Shown piece after piece: positions 12,501 to 21,091 of a stretch of 64,000 nt of DNA. Position 1 is the first letter of the stretch. Every line of letters starts with the position of its first letter. The notes below the pieces were generated by a model. That model was not told the origin of the DNA. It saw only the letters and a list, made by a program, of their open reading frames with translations, and did not search any database. The stretch comes from an uncultured delta proteobacterium (GTDB lineage Bacteria > Myxococcota_A > Polyangia > Polyangiales > JAFGIB01): positions 637,591 to 701,590 of the forward strand of contig CAVZVA010000002.1 in the NCBI GenBank assembly GCA_963778655.1, given 5' to 3'. The position numbers and the translations under genes are program-made.

Positions 12501-15500
12501 TCTGGCAGTCCAGCGCGCCGTTGACGCAGACGTTGACGCCCTGCTTGCACTCGCCGGTGTTGTCGCCGCACGGCGTACCGACTGGGGTGTTGGGATCGAT
12601 CATCCCATCGCTGCAGTTGGTGCCGCTGGGATCGACGCACTCGTCGATCTTGTTGTCGCAGTCATCGTCGGCGTTGTTGCACTTCTCGTACGGCGCTGGG
12701 CCCACGTTGCCGATGCACTGGATCTGGCCCATCACGCACTGGTTCTTGCCCAGCCGGCAGGCGCCGCACGGATTGCCGTTGCCGTCGGTGCAGGTGCCGA
12801 CGTTGTTCTGGCCGCAGGTCTGGCCCAGCCGCGGATCGGCCTGCGGGTCGAGATCCTCGTCGATCTTGGTGTCGCAGTCGTCGTCCTGCAGGTTGCAGAT
12901 CTCGGGACCGCCGTCGATGTTGCCGACGCAGATGAAGCCGGCATGTCCCATGCCGTCGTAGTTCGCCACGCACTTGGTCTTGCCGGTGTGGCATGGAGGC
13001 ACGGGATTGCCGCACACCTCGCCACCGCCTGCGCCGAGCGCGCCCAGCGGGTCGTTCTGGCAGGCCATGTAGGCCTGCGAGCTGGGATCGCCGGTGCACT
13101 CGTCGGTGCTGCCGTCGCAATCGTTGTCTTGACCGTCGCAGATCTCGGGCACCGGGCCCACGCCGCCGATGCACTGGTAGCCGTAGCCGCCCCCCGACAG
13201 CGCGACGCAGGTCTGCTGGCCGGGCCGACACAGACCGGTGCTGCTGCCGCACGGGACGATGTCGCGCGTGCCGTCGTTGTTGTTGTCCGGCAGGTTCTCG
13301 TCGGTGAGGTTGTCGCAGTCGTTGTCCTTGCCGTCGCAGACCTCCGGCACGGGACCTTGCACCGGCGTGCACGTGATTGCGCCGTTGGAGCAGACCGCAA
13401 GCCCGGGCTTGCACTCGCCGACGCTGGTACCGCACTTCTGACCGATGCGCGGATCGTTGGCGGCGACGTCCACCTGCTCGTCGATCTGGCCGTCGCAATC
13501 GTCGTCCATCCCGTTGCAGATCTCGGTGGCCGGACCGTGCTCGCCCACGCACTGCCAGTGTCCGTTGGTGCACTGGTACGCACCGGGATTGCACACGCCG
13601 GCGGTGCGGGTCTCGCTGCCGCAGAAGCCGTTGGTAGGCCCGCCGCTCACGCCACCCAGGTCGCTGCCGGCTACGGCGTTGTTGTCGACCTGCCCGTCGC
13701 AGTTGTCGTCGACGTTGTTGCAAGTCTCGGTGGTGGGGTTGGGTGCGTTGCATTCCAGGCTGTTGGTGCTCTGGTTGCACTGCAGCGTGCCCACGCAGAT
13801 GCCGACGCCCGAGCCGCAGGGATTGCCCACGAAGGCGGGCTGCGGACCGACCGTGCAGGTCGCCTGGGTGCAGGTGTAGTTGTTGCCGTTGCAATCGTGG
13901 TCCTGGGCATCGCACAGCTCGCGGTCGTCGGGCAGCACCTGGCCGACGCAGACGGGATTGCCGCTGCCGTCGACGTGATAGCCCATCGCGTCCGTCAGCT
14001 CGCCGATGGAGGGCTTGGCGCAGAGCTGGGTGCCCGGCTGGCAGATGCTGCTGCCCCCGACCACGTAGCCGGGGTTGATGCTGCAGGTCCGCGACAGCAC
14101 CTGCGGGTCGTCGATGATGCCGTTGCAGTCGTTGTCCTTCTCGTCGCAGATCTCGGGGCTGGGGCCGGTGCCGCCGGTGCAGGTGGTCCCGAGCGTGTGC
14201 GTGACCGGATCGCAGATGTAGTGGCCCAGCTTGCACTCGCCGACGTTGCTGCCGCACGGTACATCGGCCGTGCACTGCGTCGGGCAAGCGGAGAACGGCT
14301 GATGGTTGCCGTTCAGGTCGTCGATCACCCCGTTGCAGTCGTTGTCCACGCCATCGCAGACGTCGACCGCACCCGGACAGGTGCCGCAGCTGTTGAGCGC
14401 GCCATCCTCGTCGATCGCGCCGTCGCAGTCGTCGTCCTCGCCGGGCCGCGTACAGTCGTCGCGCACCCAGCCGCAGACGACCTGGTCCGGATTGACGTTG
14501 GGCGCCACGCTCTGTTTGATCGGCGTGCTCTGCGCGATGGTCGAGTACGGCGCGACGCCACGCGCATGGACCTGGGTGTTCTGGGCAGCGGTACGATGCG
14601 CCTCGCCGTCGCAGAACAGCGCCTCCGGCTGGGCCGCGGTGCCCGGCTGGCCGAACGGAAGGTCCTCGTCGATCTTGCCGTCGCAGTCGTCGTCGAGGCC
14701 GTTGCAGGTCTCGAACTTGATCGACCCCTGCACGATGCTGGAAAGCGCCGCCGCCAGCTCGGTCGGGCTGTTGGCGAAATACGCGCCGGTCGTGCCGCCG
14801 CAAGCCGCGATGTCGTTCAGAGACGACTGCTCGCTCGAGACGATGCTGATCCCGACCACGTAGGTCTTGATGTCGGGCGCGACCGACGGGAGGGCGGAAG
14901 GGTTGCACGTGCCGCCCGCGGCAGGGAACGCGAGATTATAGGCCGCCTGGTTCGGGTTCGAATTACACGTTTCGGCACCATCGGTGACGATGATGATGCT
15001 GTACTGGCGGCAGGCCGACGCTGAATCGCCGGACCGGACCGTACTGGCGTATGAACCGGACGTCGAGATCAGTGAGCCGATCGGCGTGGAGCCGTTGGGC
15101 CGCAACTCGCAGTCGCCTGTGGTCGCATGGTTGCAGAAGTTGCCGACCGTGGAGCTGGAGTCGAAGTTGGTCTCGACATTGTCCATCCACTTGAGGATGG
15201 CCGGCCGGTTGTCGATATTGGTGAACGCACCACGGCCGGGAAAGTCGACGATCAGGTCTGCGCCGTTGCAACCGCCAGCGTAGTTGATGCAGCCGTTGAA
15301 GTCGCCGCTCGCCGATACCCGCATGTCGGCGTTGGACCCGGCGCCCGGCCGGCAGGCGGCCGGAACCGCACCCACACAACCCGTGTTGTCCGCGGTTCCG
15401 CTATTGCACTGCGGGTTGCCGAAGCTCTGACTGTCGCAGGCGTTGGTACCGTTGTAGGTCGAACACGTGGCGTTCAAAGATGCCGTCTGGTGAAACTTGG

Positions 15501-15855
15501 CGAGCGCCCATTGGACGTCGCCATAGGCCGACACCATGTCGCGGATGGCCTTCTTGGCGATCGCAATCTTGCTATCGTTGGGCAGGCCGTCGCAGTTGCG
15601 ATCGATCCCCGCCGTGGTGCCGCAGCCGTAGAAGACTCCGCCCGAGACGAGCGCTGGCGGATCGCCGGAAAGCGCCGGTCGCCCCACCCCGTCCCCGTAC
15701 GTGGTGTTGTTGCTCAGGTCCCACAGCATCGAGCCCGAGGTATCGACGCCGATTACGAAACGCGGCTTGACCTGGGCGTGAGCGACGGAACCTAAGCCGA
15801 AATAGAGCAGGAACAGACCAAGGCAAAGCTTCGCGGACAGACACCGTTCGTGCAT
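6589..15855 (-). CDS. Giant Cys-rich surface protein: signal peptide, vWA, MopE-like repeats, internal MYXO-CTERM plus lipoprotein-like signal, more repeats, FGE-sulfatase-like domain, proprotein-convertase P-domain
   Basis: 3088-aa uninterrupted ORF. Signal peptide ending AHA-Q. vWA MIDAS DTSGS and VTDG. About 27 ExCxGxDxDCDGxxDE repeats. GGGGCAC...hydrophobic...RRRR starting at aa ~1625. LPWANVTW..DLSGNLQEW..RGGSY..GFRCC. C-terminal H..GDL..L.SPAG...GTWTMTVND...ITGWTL. Confidence 0.9.
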   Translation of the reverse strand: MHERCLSAKLCLGLFLLYFGLGSVAHAQVKPRFVIGVDTSGSMLWDLSNNTTYGDGVGRPALSGDPPALVSGGVFYGCGTTAGIDRNCDGLPNDSKIAIAKKAIRDMVSAYGDVQWALAKFHQTASLNATCSTYNGTNACDSQSFGNPQCNSGTADNTGCVGAVPAACRPGAGSNADMRVSASGDFNGCINYAGGCNGADLIVDFPGRGAFTNIDNRPAILKWMDNVETNFDSSSTVGNFCNHATTGDCELRPNGSTPIGSLISTSGSYASTVRSGDSASACRQYSIIIVTDGAETCNSNPNQAAYNLAFPAAGGTCNPSALPSVAPDIKTYVVGISIVSSEQSSLNDIAACGGTTGAYFANSPTELAAALSSIVQGSIKFETCNGLDDDCDGKIDEDLPFGQPGTAAQPEALFCDGEAHRTAAQNTQVHARGVAPYSTIAQSTPIKQSVAPNVNPDQVVCGWVRDDCTRPGEDDDCDGAIDEDGALNSCGTCPGAVDVCDGVDNDCNGVIDDLNGNHQPFSACPTQCTADVPCGSNVGECKLGHYICDPVTHTLGTTCTGGTGPSPEICDEKDNDCNGIIDDPQVLSRTCSINPGYVVGGSSICQPGTQLCAKPSIGELTDAMGYHVDGSGNPVCVGQVLPDDRELCDAQDHDCNGNNYTCTQATCTVGPQPAFVGNPCGSGVGICVGTLQCNQSTNSLECNAPNPTTETCNNVDDNCDGQVDNNAVAGSDLGGVSGGPTNGFCGSETRTAGVCNPGAYQCTNGHWQCVGEHGPATEICNGMDDDCDGQIDEQVDVAANDPRIGQKCGTSVGECKPGLAVCSNGAITCTPVQGPVPEVCDGKDNDCDNLTDENLPDNNNDGTRDIVPCGSSTGLCRPGQQTCVALSGGGYGYQCIGGVGPVPEICDGQDNDCDGSTDECTGDPSSQAYMACQNDPLGALGAGGGEVCGNPVPPCHTGKTKCVANYDGMGHAGFICVGNIDGGPEICNLQDDDCDTKIDEDLDPQADPRLGQTCGQNNVGTCTDGNGNPCGACRLGKNQCVMGQIQCIGNVGPAPYEKCNNADDDCDNKIDECVDPSGTNCSDGMIDPNTPVGTPCGDNTGECKQGVNVCVNGALDCQNYVGPADEICDGKDNDCDTLIDENIPTGAPCGSNVGECQPGVLVCPAGGTGDLVCQGSVPPIDEVCDGLDNDCDGMVDEGLGLGEPCGSNVGECKQGKLACVGGRTVCSGEVGPQPESCDCLDNDCDGTTDEDTGNNPVCPAGSACVMCQCALPCAASTEFAAQCPNGKAPVDDNGNCYCVGAQCKDAECQGQTIMVNDEVQCAPKSDLVGSCFCKNNVCTFRCSGVTCDSGLVCDPTDGRCKQESCLLPQFRCPSDKTCSLSDNVWQCVDDPCSTAKCAADQVCRGGQCYASCATVTCSPDNRCQDGTCVADHCHGVACDTGNVCDPATGKCVLEGACVQSGCPDGQTCDQVKGNCVQDVCLATHCPYGQKCNSDTGQCELRCSGNLLFCDPSCVNPQTSRAHCGATTDCMGQNAGTACTGTQVCSLGKCSDTCANQLLNCGGECVDPHTDMRHCGAKDDCKDANAGETCQVGFNCVDSQCKSIAGSGNGTGEGAAAAGTRVVATGGGGCACSVGVGAKQNASGSRRGPLSVLLLALLLLALGRRRRSRLRTLASSGAWLALVLASATLLGSGCKVDTFCLDCPSSKKGKPTQDGGSIPNGKADGGGGQTGHDAGPGGNTGQPDGSVDGGDASTKKPDACMTVELCNGIDDDCDGKTDEDVDLAASNIDPNTDVNNCGGCGMACALEHAFNICSGGMCGIDKTKGDQGCDVGFHNLDGDDSNGCEYRCVKTADDDSLCDLVDNDCDGKVDENVDLQNDPQNCGRCSFRCSFAHAKDGAACVDAMCQLDDTKCDSGFANVDGKQPNGCEYRCPVQPATDEICNGLDDDCDGKTDEDVSNATDSRIGVACGNNVGVCKPGTVVCTGGVPTCTGGQGPSQEVCDGLDNNCDGQVDTDDPNLGLPCGDALPGSQCSKGTLQIPLAGCSGGVVTPLECRGGQGPVPEVCNGLDDDCDGQADEAENGVKPGEGQQCLNGANGVQIVTANPSQWTAATLCKTGSTVCESGNLVCRGEVAPEAVELCDDKDHDCDGNPLNGFSPDTTGGTTATSGPDTRVGKSCGIDTGECAFGVQTCHLDTKTLSCDNQVPPVPEECDGKDNDCDGLIDEHDKDASNQDIPLPSEGNACITNSDGSVNTNPPASASTGVCKTGTTVCVAGKIGCQGEVSPQAELCDSIDQDCDGNPTNGVAVTDPAVGKPCGPPNVGVCRTGTTVCSSGASPTVTCQGAMPSATYVPPAQTNTPEVACDGIDNDCDGATDEGSPAAYDGSTCCDLSGFSCCPGSSGTRQCKDGRIQCVYPNNAVFPVPEACGDVPGGNGADDDCDGKTDEGFDISTDVNNCGACGNKCQFNSGVTGNAVLVCQGGQCKIGACSTGYADENHDYHDGCETQCTVTGNEICDGKDNDCNGIVDDLTTIPSVVCVPNETGVCAASQAALNALVTYGPSCTNGVLGCNVQNAVNNSGGAIANYQATETLCDGKDNDCDGATDEMMQPPIGQPCSKGQGACMTTGSYVCDGGNPTSTASVCNAATPSAGSAETCDGKDNDCNGKIDDFGPPTPSNAVGNFDLVDLGASTGHTLVMAYEPSRPDASSTSAGARTAKACSVNNVLPWANVTWDEAEAACCALNTAAGVDPSTSPAGCDPAGQGWRLCDSSTWDYTCKHPDAITPASGSCTWGYSNASNAVCDHDPRVSTYQNACVGAEALNAGLVTCPSGVSECATVTGSSAFPECRAPWADGDVHDLSGNLQEWTNTAQGTNIYEIRGGSYNDLESGRTCDFNFTVGANTFRFPNTGFRCCWYPAVTTTCTNYVSTTTVNASGSTGDTSTTLSVSGASGTISSVQILDATGNHQAFGDLSFRLSSPAGTSVNLIPAGDCCVSSGNCTLNWAFDLSDSATNTVPNGTNTNPFCNNNTAPTGGSIANAYKPINPFTRFNGQSSNGTWTMTVNDNRNGPGSQNGGDRVQITGWTLRICTATSPAP

Positions 15856-16071
15856 GTACGGGCCCCTCGAAAGAGCCCCTCCGCGACCCGAGGAGGAGCG
15901 CCTAAACTAATGACATCAGATGCGTCCTGAGTAAAGGTGCAGCGGTACGTTCCATATATGTGAGACCATACGACAATGTGCGTGTGTGGAGCCGCTCAGC
16001 GGAACTGCTGATTCTCGTGTTATTTGGGGGGTTCCGCGCGATCGCCGAGTGCTCGGGCAGCGCTCGCGGCT

Positions 16072-19000
16072 TCAGCTCGGGGCCGCGCCGTCGCTCAGCT
16101 CGAGCCGCCGCATCATCTTCTGCAGGCCGAAGCGCGAGACGCCGAGCATGCGGGCCGCGCGCGACTGGTTGCCGGCGCAGGTCTGCAGCGCCTGCCGGAT
16201 CAACTTGCGCTCGAGTTGATCGACCTGGCTGCGTAGATCGAGCGGGTTGCGGGCGGCAGCGGCCGGCTGCGCCAGCGAGGGCGACAGGTGCTCGGGCAGG
16301 ATCACGTCGTCGGCGAGCACCAGCGCGCGCCTTATCTCGTTCTCGAGCTGTCGAATGTTGCCGGGCCACGGCTGGTGGGCGAGCGCCGCGAGCGTGCGGC
16401 GGTCGACCTTCACCGCGCGTCTCTTGGCGTGGATGTCGATGAAGTGCGCGACCAGCGGCGCCAGGTCTTCCGGACGCTCGCGCAGCGGCGGCAGCGCGAG
16501 CACCACGACCGCGAGCCGATAGTAGAGGTCCTCGCGGAACTGGCCCTGCTTGACCATCGCCTCGAGGTCACGGTGGGTCGCACACAGCACGCGCACGTCC
16601 ACGTGCCGTACCTGCTCGCCGCCGACCGGACGCACCTCCCCGTCCTGCAGCACGCGCAGCAGCCGCGCCTGCATCGCCGGCGACATCTCGCCGATCTCGT
16701 CGAGAAACAGCGTGCCACCGTCGGCCACCTCGAACAGCCCGAGCCGCCGCCGGTCGGCGCCGGTGAAGGCACCACGCACATGCCCGAACAGCGCGCTCTC
16801 CAGCAAGGTCTCGGGGATCGCACCGCAGTTCTCGCTCACGAAGGGCGCGTCGCGCCGCAGGCCCGCGGCGTGGACCGCGCGCGCGATCAGCTCCTTGCCG
16901 GTGCCGCTCTCGCCGCGGATCAACACCGGCACCGGCGAGCGCGCCACCTTGGGGATCAGCGCGAGCAGCGCGCGCATCGCGCGGCCGTGGCCGATGATGC
17001 CGGCGATCTCGCCGGGGTCCTGGCCGCGCTCGCGCCGCAGCGACTCGAGCTCCAGCGCCTGCACCTCCACCTTGCGCGCCAGCCGCGCGCGCAGCACGGT
17101 CAGGCGCCGTGCCGCGCGGCTCTCGGCCCGCAGCAGCCGCGCCGAGTCGAGCGCGATCGACGCCAGCTCCGACAGATCGCTCAGCAGCTGCAGCTCGACC
17201 TCGCCGAAGGCGAACGGCCGCAGCCGATCCTCCAGGTAGATCGCGCCCGCGACCGCGCCGCGGATGCGCAGCGGAACCGCCAGCACCGAGCGCAGCGAGA
17301 GCGCGTGGACGCTGGCGGCGCCGGCTAGCTTCTCGTCGCTGGCCGCGTCGACCGTGGTCAGCGGGCGCCCGCTGCCGAGCACGCGCGCCACGATCGAGCG
17401 CGACAGCGAGGCTTCCCCCTCGGCCAGCTCGCGCCGATCGAGCCCGCGGCCGGCGCGCACGCGCGGGCGGCCGTCGTGGTCGTCGAGCACCAGGTAGCCG
17501 CGCTCCGCGCCCGCCAGCTCGATCGCCGCCTCGAGCACGATCTCGTACAGCCGCGGCAGGCGGCGCTCGGCGGCGAGCCGCTTGGCCACGGCCGCGAGCG
17601 CGCGCCAGCGTTCGTCGTAAGCCGCAGGCTGGGCGGCGCCGGTCTGTCCCGGCAGCGCCTCCAGCGCCGCGCGGTACGCGTCGACCGCGCGCAGGCGCGC
17701 GCGCTCCGCGGACGAAAGCCCGCGCGCGGCCTGGTCGAGCATGCTGCGCACCTCGGCCAGGCGCAGCGCAGCGATCGCGGGCTCGCCGCGCACGCGCGCC
17801 GCGCGCGCCGCGCACAGGGATGCGCGCAGCCGCGCATCGAAGCCACCTCCGCGCTGCGACAGCGCGTGCGCGCGCTCGGCCGCCCGCCCCGCCTCGTCGG
17901 CGCGGCCGCGCTCGAGCTCGAGCTGGCAGCGCGCGATCGCGTGCTCGATCTCGGCCGCATCGCTGCCGGCCGCCGCAGACGCGCGCTCCGCCTCGGCCAG
18001 GCTGTGCTCGGCCGCGGCGCGCTCGCCCAGCGCGAGCTGCAGCGCGCACAGGCGCGCGGCCACCACCGCCGCGGCCTCGCTCGGCAGGGCCTCGAGCGAC
18101 AGCGGCTGCGCGAGCAACACGGCCACCGCCTTGCGCTCGCCCTGCCGCAGCCGCAGCTCGGCCTCGAGGCACAGCACGTAGGCCTGTGTGGTCGGGTCGC
18201 CGGCGCGCTGCGCGGCCTTGCGCGCGCGCTGCGCGGTCGAGAGCGCCAGCTCTTCCTGACCCACCAGCTGCGCGGCGTGACCGAGGTTGTAGAGCACGCG
18301 CCCGAGATCGGCGTCGCGGCCCAGCCGAGCCAGGCGGCGCGCCGACTCGCGCAGCGCGGCGATCGCCGGGCCCGGCTCGCCGCACTCCAGCCGCTGCACA
18401 CCGACGTTGTGCAGAAAGGCGGCCGCGGCGTGCTGCTCGCCGGCGGCGTCCGCCAGCTCGAAGGCCGCGGCGTAGCGGCGGCCGGCGCCGTGCGCGTCGC
18501 CGTCGGCGCGCGCGAGCTGCGCCTGCAGCGCGAGCAGCCGCGCCTCGGCGCCGCGCCTGTGGGCTTGGCGCGCCCGCTCCAGCGCGGGGCCGAGCAGCGC
18601 GGCCGCGCGCTCGCGCTCGCCGCGGTGCAGCAGCACAAGCGCCTGTACCTCCAGCGCGCGCAGAGCCGCGGCCGGCGTGGTGGCGCGCGCGAGCGCGGCC
18701 TCGGCCAGGTCCCACGCACGCTCGAGCTCGCCGGCGTCGTAGCCGAGCCGCGCGAGCAACGCCTCGGCCTGTGCGGCCGCGCCCGCGGCCTCGCCGTCGG
18801 CAGCGCCGCGGCCAGCGGCAGCCAGCACGCGCGTGGCCAGCGCGTGCGCCAGCTCGCGGTCGCCGGCCAGGCGTGCCAGCTCGGCCCGCAGCACCAGCGC
18901 GTCCGACGAGAGCGCCGGCTCGAGCAGCGCGAGCGCCTCGGCGTAGCGGCCCTGCGCGCGCAGCGCGTCGGCCAACCCGACCCGCAAGCCTTCGCCCGCG

Positions 19001-21009
19001 CTCTCTTCGGCGCCCAACGCCGCCAAGCCCTCGCGCGCGCACAGCGCCGCCTGCTCGGGACGGCCCTGAGCCCGCAGCCGCCCGAGCTCGTCGCTGAACG
19101 CGCGACGCGCGGCCTCGCGCTCGCCGCGCGCCAGGCACAGATACGCGCGCGCCTTGCCATCGAGCTCCGCCTCCGGCAAACGCGCGGCCAGCTCGCGGGC
19201 GCGGGCGTGGGGCAGCGCGTCGCGCACCTGCGCGACCAGGTCCGCGCGCAGGCAAAGGCGCTCGAGCTGGCGGCTGCCCATGCCGGCGGCGAGCAGCGCG
19301 CGATAGGCCTCCGACAGCGTGGAGGCGGAGCCCAGCGCCGCCTGGGCCGCGGCGGGACCCAGCTCGCCGCCCGCGATCGCCAGCAGCTCCGCCAGCTCGC
19401 GCGCGGCTTCCGGCAGCCCCGCGCCATCGCCCGCGGGCGCGCTGCCGACCGCGCGCAGATTGGACGCGCGGCTCATGTCGGTCGACGCGGCCAGACCCTG
19501 CGCGAGCACGCGGCAGAGCCGACCGGACAGGCCGCCGCTCACCGCCATCGCCTCGCGCAACAGCGTGGCGCTCACGCGCATCCCGGGCAGCGCGTGCTCG
19601 AGCAAGTGCCGCAGGTCGCCTTCGGGCAGCGGCTCGAGCGCGACCTCGGCCGCGTGCGGCTGGGGCAACTCGCCGTCGCCGCCGAGCGGCTGCGCGAGCG
19701 GCCCCGCGCGATCGCTGCGCTCGAGCACCAGCGCCAGCGATCGGCCCTCGACGTACGCGGCCCGCAAGGCGGCGGCCGCGTCGGCCGCGCCAACCGCATC
19801 GGCGTCGAGCACGTGCAGCACGCTATCGGCGCCAAGCGGCCCCTCGGGCAAGCGCTCGCACGCGCGGTAAGTCGGCACGCTGGCACCCGCCTGCAGCCGC
19901 GCCAGCTGCACACGCCGCACCGCCTCGCGCACCAGCCGCGAGCGGCCCGAGCCGCGCGGGCCGACCACCACGCAGAGGCCCGGCCGCGCGAGCGCTGCGG
20001 ACAGCGCGTCGAGCGCCGCCGCGTGTCCGGTGAAGGGCAGCGCGCTGACCGCGAGCGCGCGCTCGGCGGCGCTCGGGGCGTCGTCGGCGCCGCCGCCGAC
20101 GCTAGGCGAAAACGCCAGCCCCAGCGGCTCCGCGATCGCCGCTACGCGCGCGCTGAGCTCGGCCGCGCGCCCAAGGCGCGCCGCGGGATCGGGCTCGAGC
20201 AGCTCCTCGATCAGGCGCCGCAACGGCAGCGGCACATGCTCTGGCAGCGGCTCGCGCGAGGACAGCGGCTTGAGCGCCTCGGCCAAGTGCTGGCTTGGGC
20301 TCGCGCTGCGCGCATCGCCCGCCGGCGCGCCGCGCAGCAGGCAGTAGAGCGTGGCGCCCAGCGCATACAGGTCGGCGGCCGGCCCGCGCTCGCCCCGCCA
20401 CAGCTCCGGCGCCATGAACCCGGGCGTGCCCGCCGGCATACCGGCCGCGACGATCGACGCCGAAAGCCCGAGGTCGATCAGCTTGCAGCTGGCGCGGTCC
20501 TCGGAGACCACGACGTTGTCGGGCTTGACGTCGCCGTGCACCAGGCCCTGGGCATGGAGCGCGCGCAGCGCGCGCGCGACGCCGTCGGCGACGGTCAGCG
20601 CGAGCCCGAGCAGCGCGTGCGGGTCGCGTTGCAGCTGGGCGGCCCAGGCGTCGGCCGGCCGGCCCGGCGCGAGCTCGCTGACCAGCGCCACCCCGCCCGC
20701 CGGCAGCTCGAAGCGCGTGCTCGGCCGCTCCACGCGCAGCAGCTCGAACACGCGCGCCAGATTGGGATGAGCGAGGCCGCTCAACACCCCGAGCTCCCAG
20801 CGCAGGCGCGCCTCCTGCTCGGGGGCGACCAGCTTGATCGCGCGCGGCGCATCGCCCGCCCGCACGTCCAGGGCCAACAGCACCCGGCCCGAGCTGCCGC
20901 GCCCCAGCTCCCGCTGCAGCGCATAGCGCCCGAGCAGCAGCTCGCCCTCCGCCCCTGCCAACTTTGTTGCCTCCGCGCTCACACCATGAGTCGTGTGATT
21001 ATGCGGCAA
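16072..21009 (-). CDS. Multidomain regulator: Ser/Thr kinase, P-loop ATPase, TPR-like helices, GAF, sigma54-interacting AAA+ and Fis HTH
   Basis: Kinase GRGSSG, AIK, HGDVKPDN, DLG, GTPGFMAPE. Degenerate Walker A GPRGSGRS. GAF SLSRSIV..SVLAVPL..IYLE. GESGTGKE, GAFTGA, FLDEIGE, WPGNIRQLEN. HTH GNQSRAARMLGVSR. Start uncertain (TTG 21009 or GTG 20982). Confidence 0.92.
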   Translation of the reverse strand: MPHNHTTHGVSAEATKLAGAEGELLLGRYALQRELGRGSSGRVLLALDVRAGDAPRAIKLVAPEQEARLRWELGVLSGLAHPNLARVFELLRVERPSTRFELPAGGVALVSELAPGRPADAWAAQLQRDPHALLGLALTVADGVARALRALHAQGLVHGDVKPDNVVVSEDRASCKLIDLGLSASIVAAGMPAGTPGFMAPELWRGERGPAADLYALGATLYCLLRGAPAGDARSASPSQHLAEALKPLSSREPLPEHVPLPLRRLIEELLEPDPAARLGRAAELSARVAAIAEPLGLAFSPSVGGGADDAPSAAERALAVSALPFTGHAAALDALSAALARPGLCVVVGPRGSGRSRLVREAVRRVQLARLQAGASVPTYRACERLPEGPLGADSVLHVLDADAVGAADAAAALRAAYVEGRSLALVLERSDRAGPLAQPLGGDGELPQPHAAEVALEPLPEGDLRHLLEHALPGMRVSATLLREAMAVSGGLSGRLCRVLAQGLAASTDMSRASNLRAVGSAPAGDGAGLPEAARELAELLAIAGGELGPAAAQAALGSASTLSEAYRALLAAGMGSRQLERLCLRADLVAQVRDALPHARARELAARLPEAELDGKARAYLCLARGEREAARRAFSDELGRLRAQGRPEQAALCAREGLAALGAEESAGEGLRVGLADALRAQGRYAEALALLEPALSSDALVLRAELARLAGDRELAHALATRVLAAAGRGAADGEAAGAAAQAEALLARLGYDAGELERAWDLAEAALARATTPAAALRALEVQALVLLHRGERERAAALLGPALERARQAHRRGAEARLLALQAQLARADGDAHGAGRRYAAAFELADAAGEQHAAAAFLHNVGVQRLECGEPGPAIAALRESARRLARLGRDADLGRVLYNLGHAAQLVGQEELALSTAQRARKAAQRAGDPTTQAYVLCLEAELRLRQGERKAVAVLLAQPLSLEALPSEAAAVVAARLCALQLALGERAAAEHSLAEAERASAAAGSDAAEIEHAIARCQLELERGRADEAGRAAERAHALSQRGGGFDARLRASLCAARAARVRGEPAIAALRLAEVRSMLDQAARGLSSAERARLRAVDAYRAALEALPGQTGAAQPAAYDERWRALAAVAKRLAAERRLPRLYEIVLEAAIELAGAERGYLVLDDHDGRPRVRAGRGLDRRELAEGEASLSRSIVARVLGSGRPLTTVDAASDEKLAGAASVHALSLRSVLAVPLRIRGAVAGAIYLEDRLRPFAFGEVELQLLSDLSELASIALDSARLLRAESRAARRLTVLRARLARKVEVQALELESLRRERGQDPGEIAGIIGHGRAMRALLALIPKVARSPVPVLIRGESGTGKELIARAVHAAGLRRDAPFVSENCGAIPETLLESALFGHVRGAFTGADRRRLGLFEVADGGTLFLDEIGEMSPAMQARLLRVLQDGEVRPVGGEQVRHVDVRVLCATHRDLEAMVKQGQFREDLYYRLAVVVLALPPLRERPEDLAPLVAHFIDIHAKRRAVKVDRRTLAALAHQPWPGNIRQLENEIRRALVLADDVILPEHLSPSLAQPAAAARNPLDLRSQVDQLERKLIRQALQTCAGNQSRAARMLGVSRFGLQKMMRRLELSDGAAPS

Positions 21010-21091
21010 TTTTCATGACCAGCCAACTGGGTTGGATGGGGACAAGCACGAGGATGCCCCAGGGCGCGGGCGCGGTGAGGGCGACCGGGGG

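Noticed and set aside
6589..15855. Calling the giant protein TraA or CglB/CglD
   Set aside because: No PA14-like head or adjacent traB/OmpA gene, and size and architecture differ. Only motifs are shared.
15938..15954. sigma54-like site TGGAACGTACCGCTGCA upstream of the giant gene (minus strand)
   Set aside because: GG to GC spacing is 11 nt, not the strict 10. It would only hold if a base were a sequencing insertion.
16288..21018. Long plus-strand ORFs opposite the sigma54 regulator (e.g. 17476..21018)
   Set aside because: Antisense shadows typical of high-GC codon bias, with no recognisable motifs.
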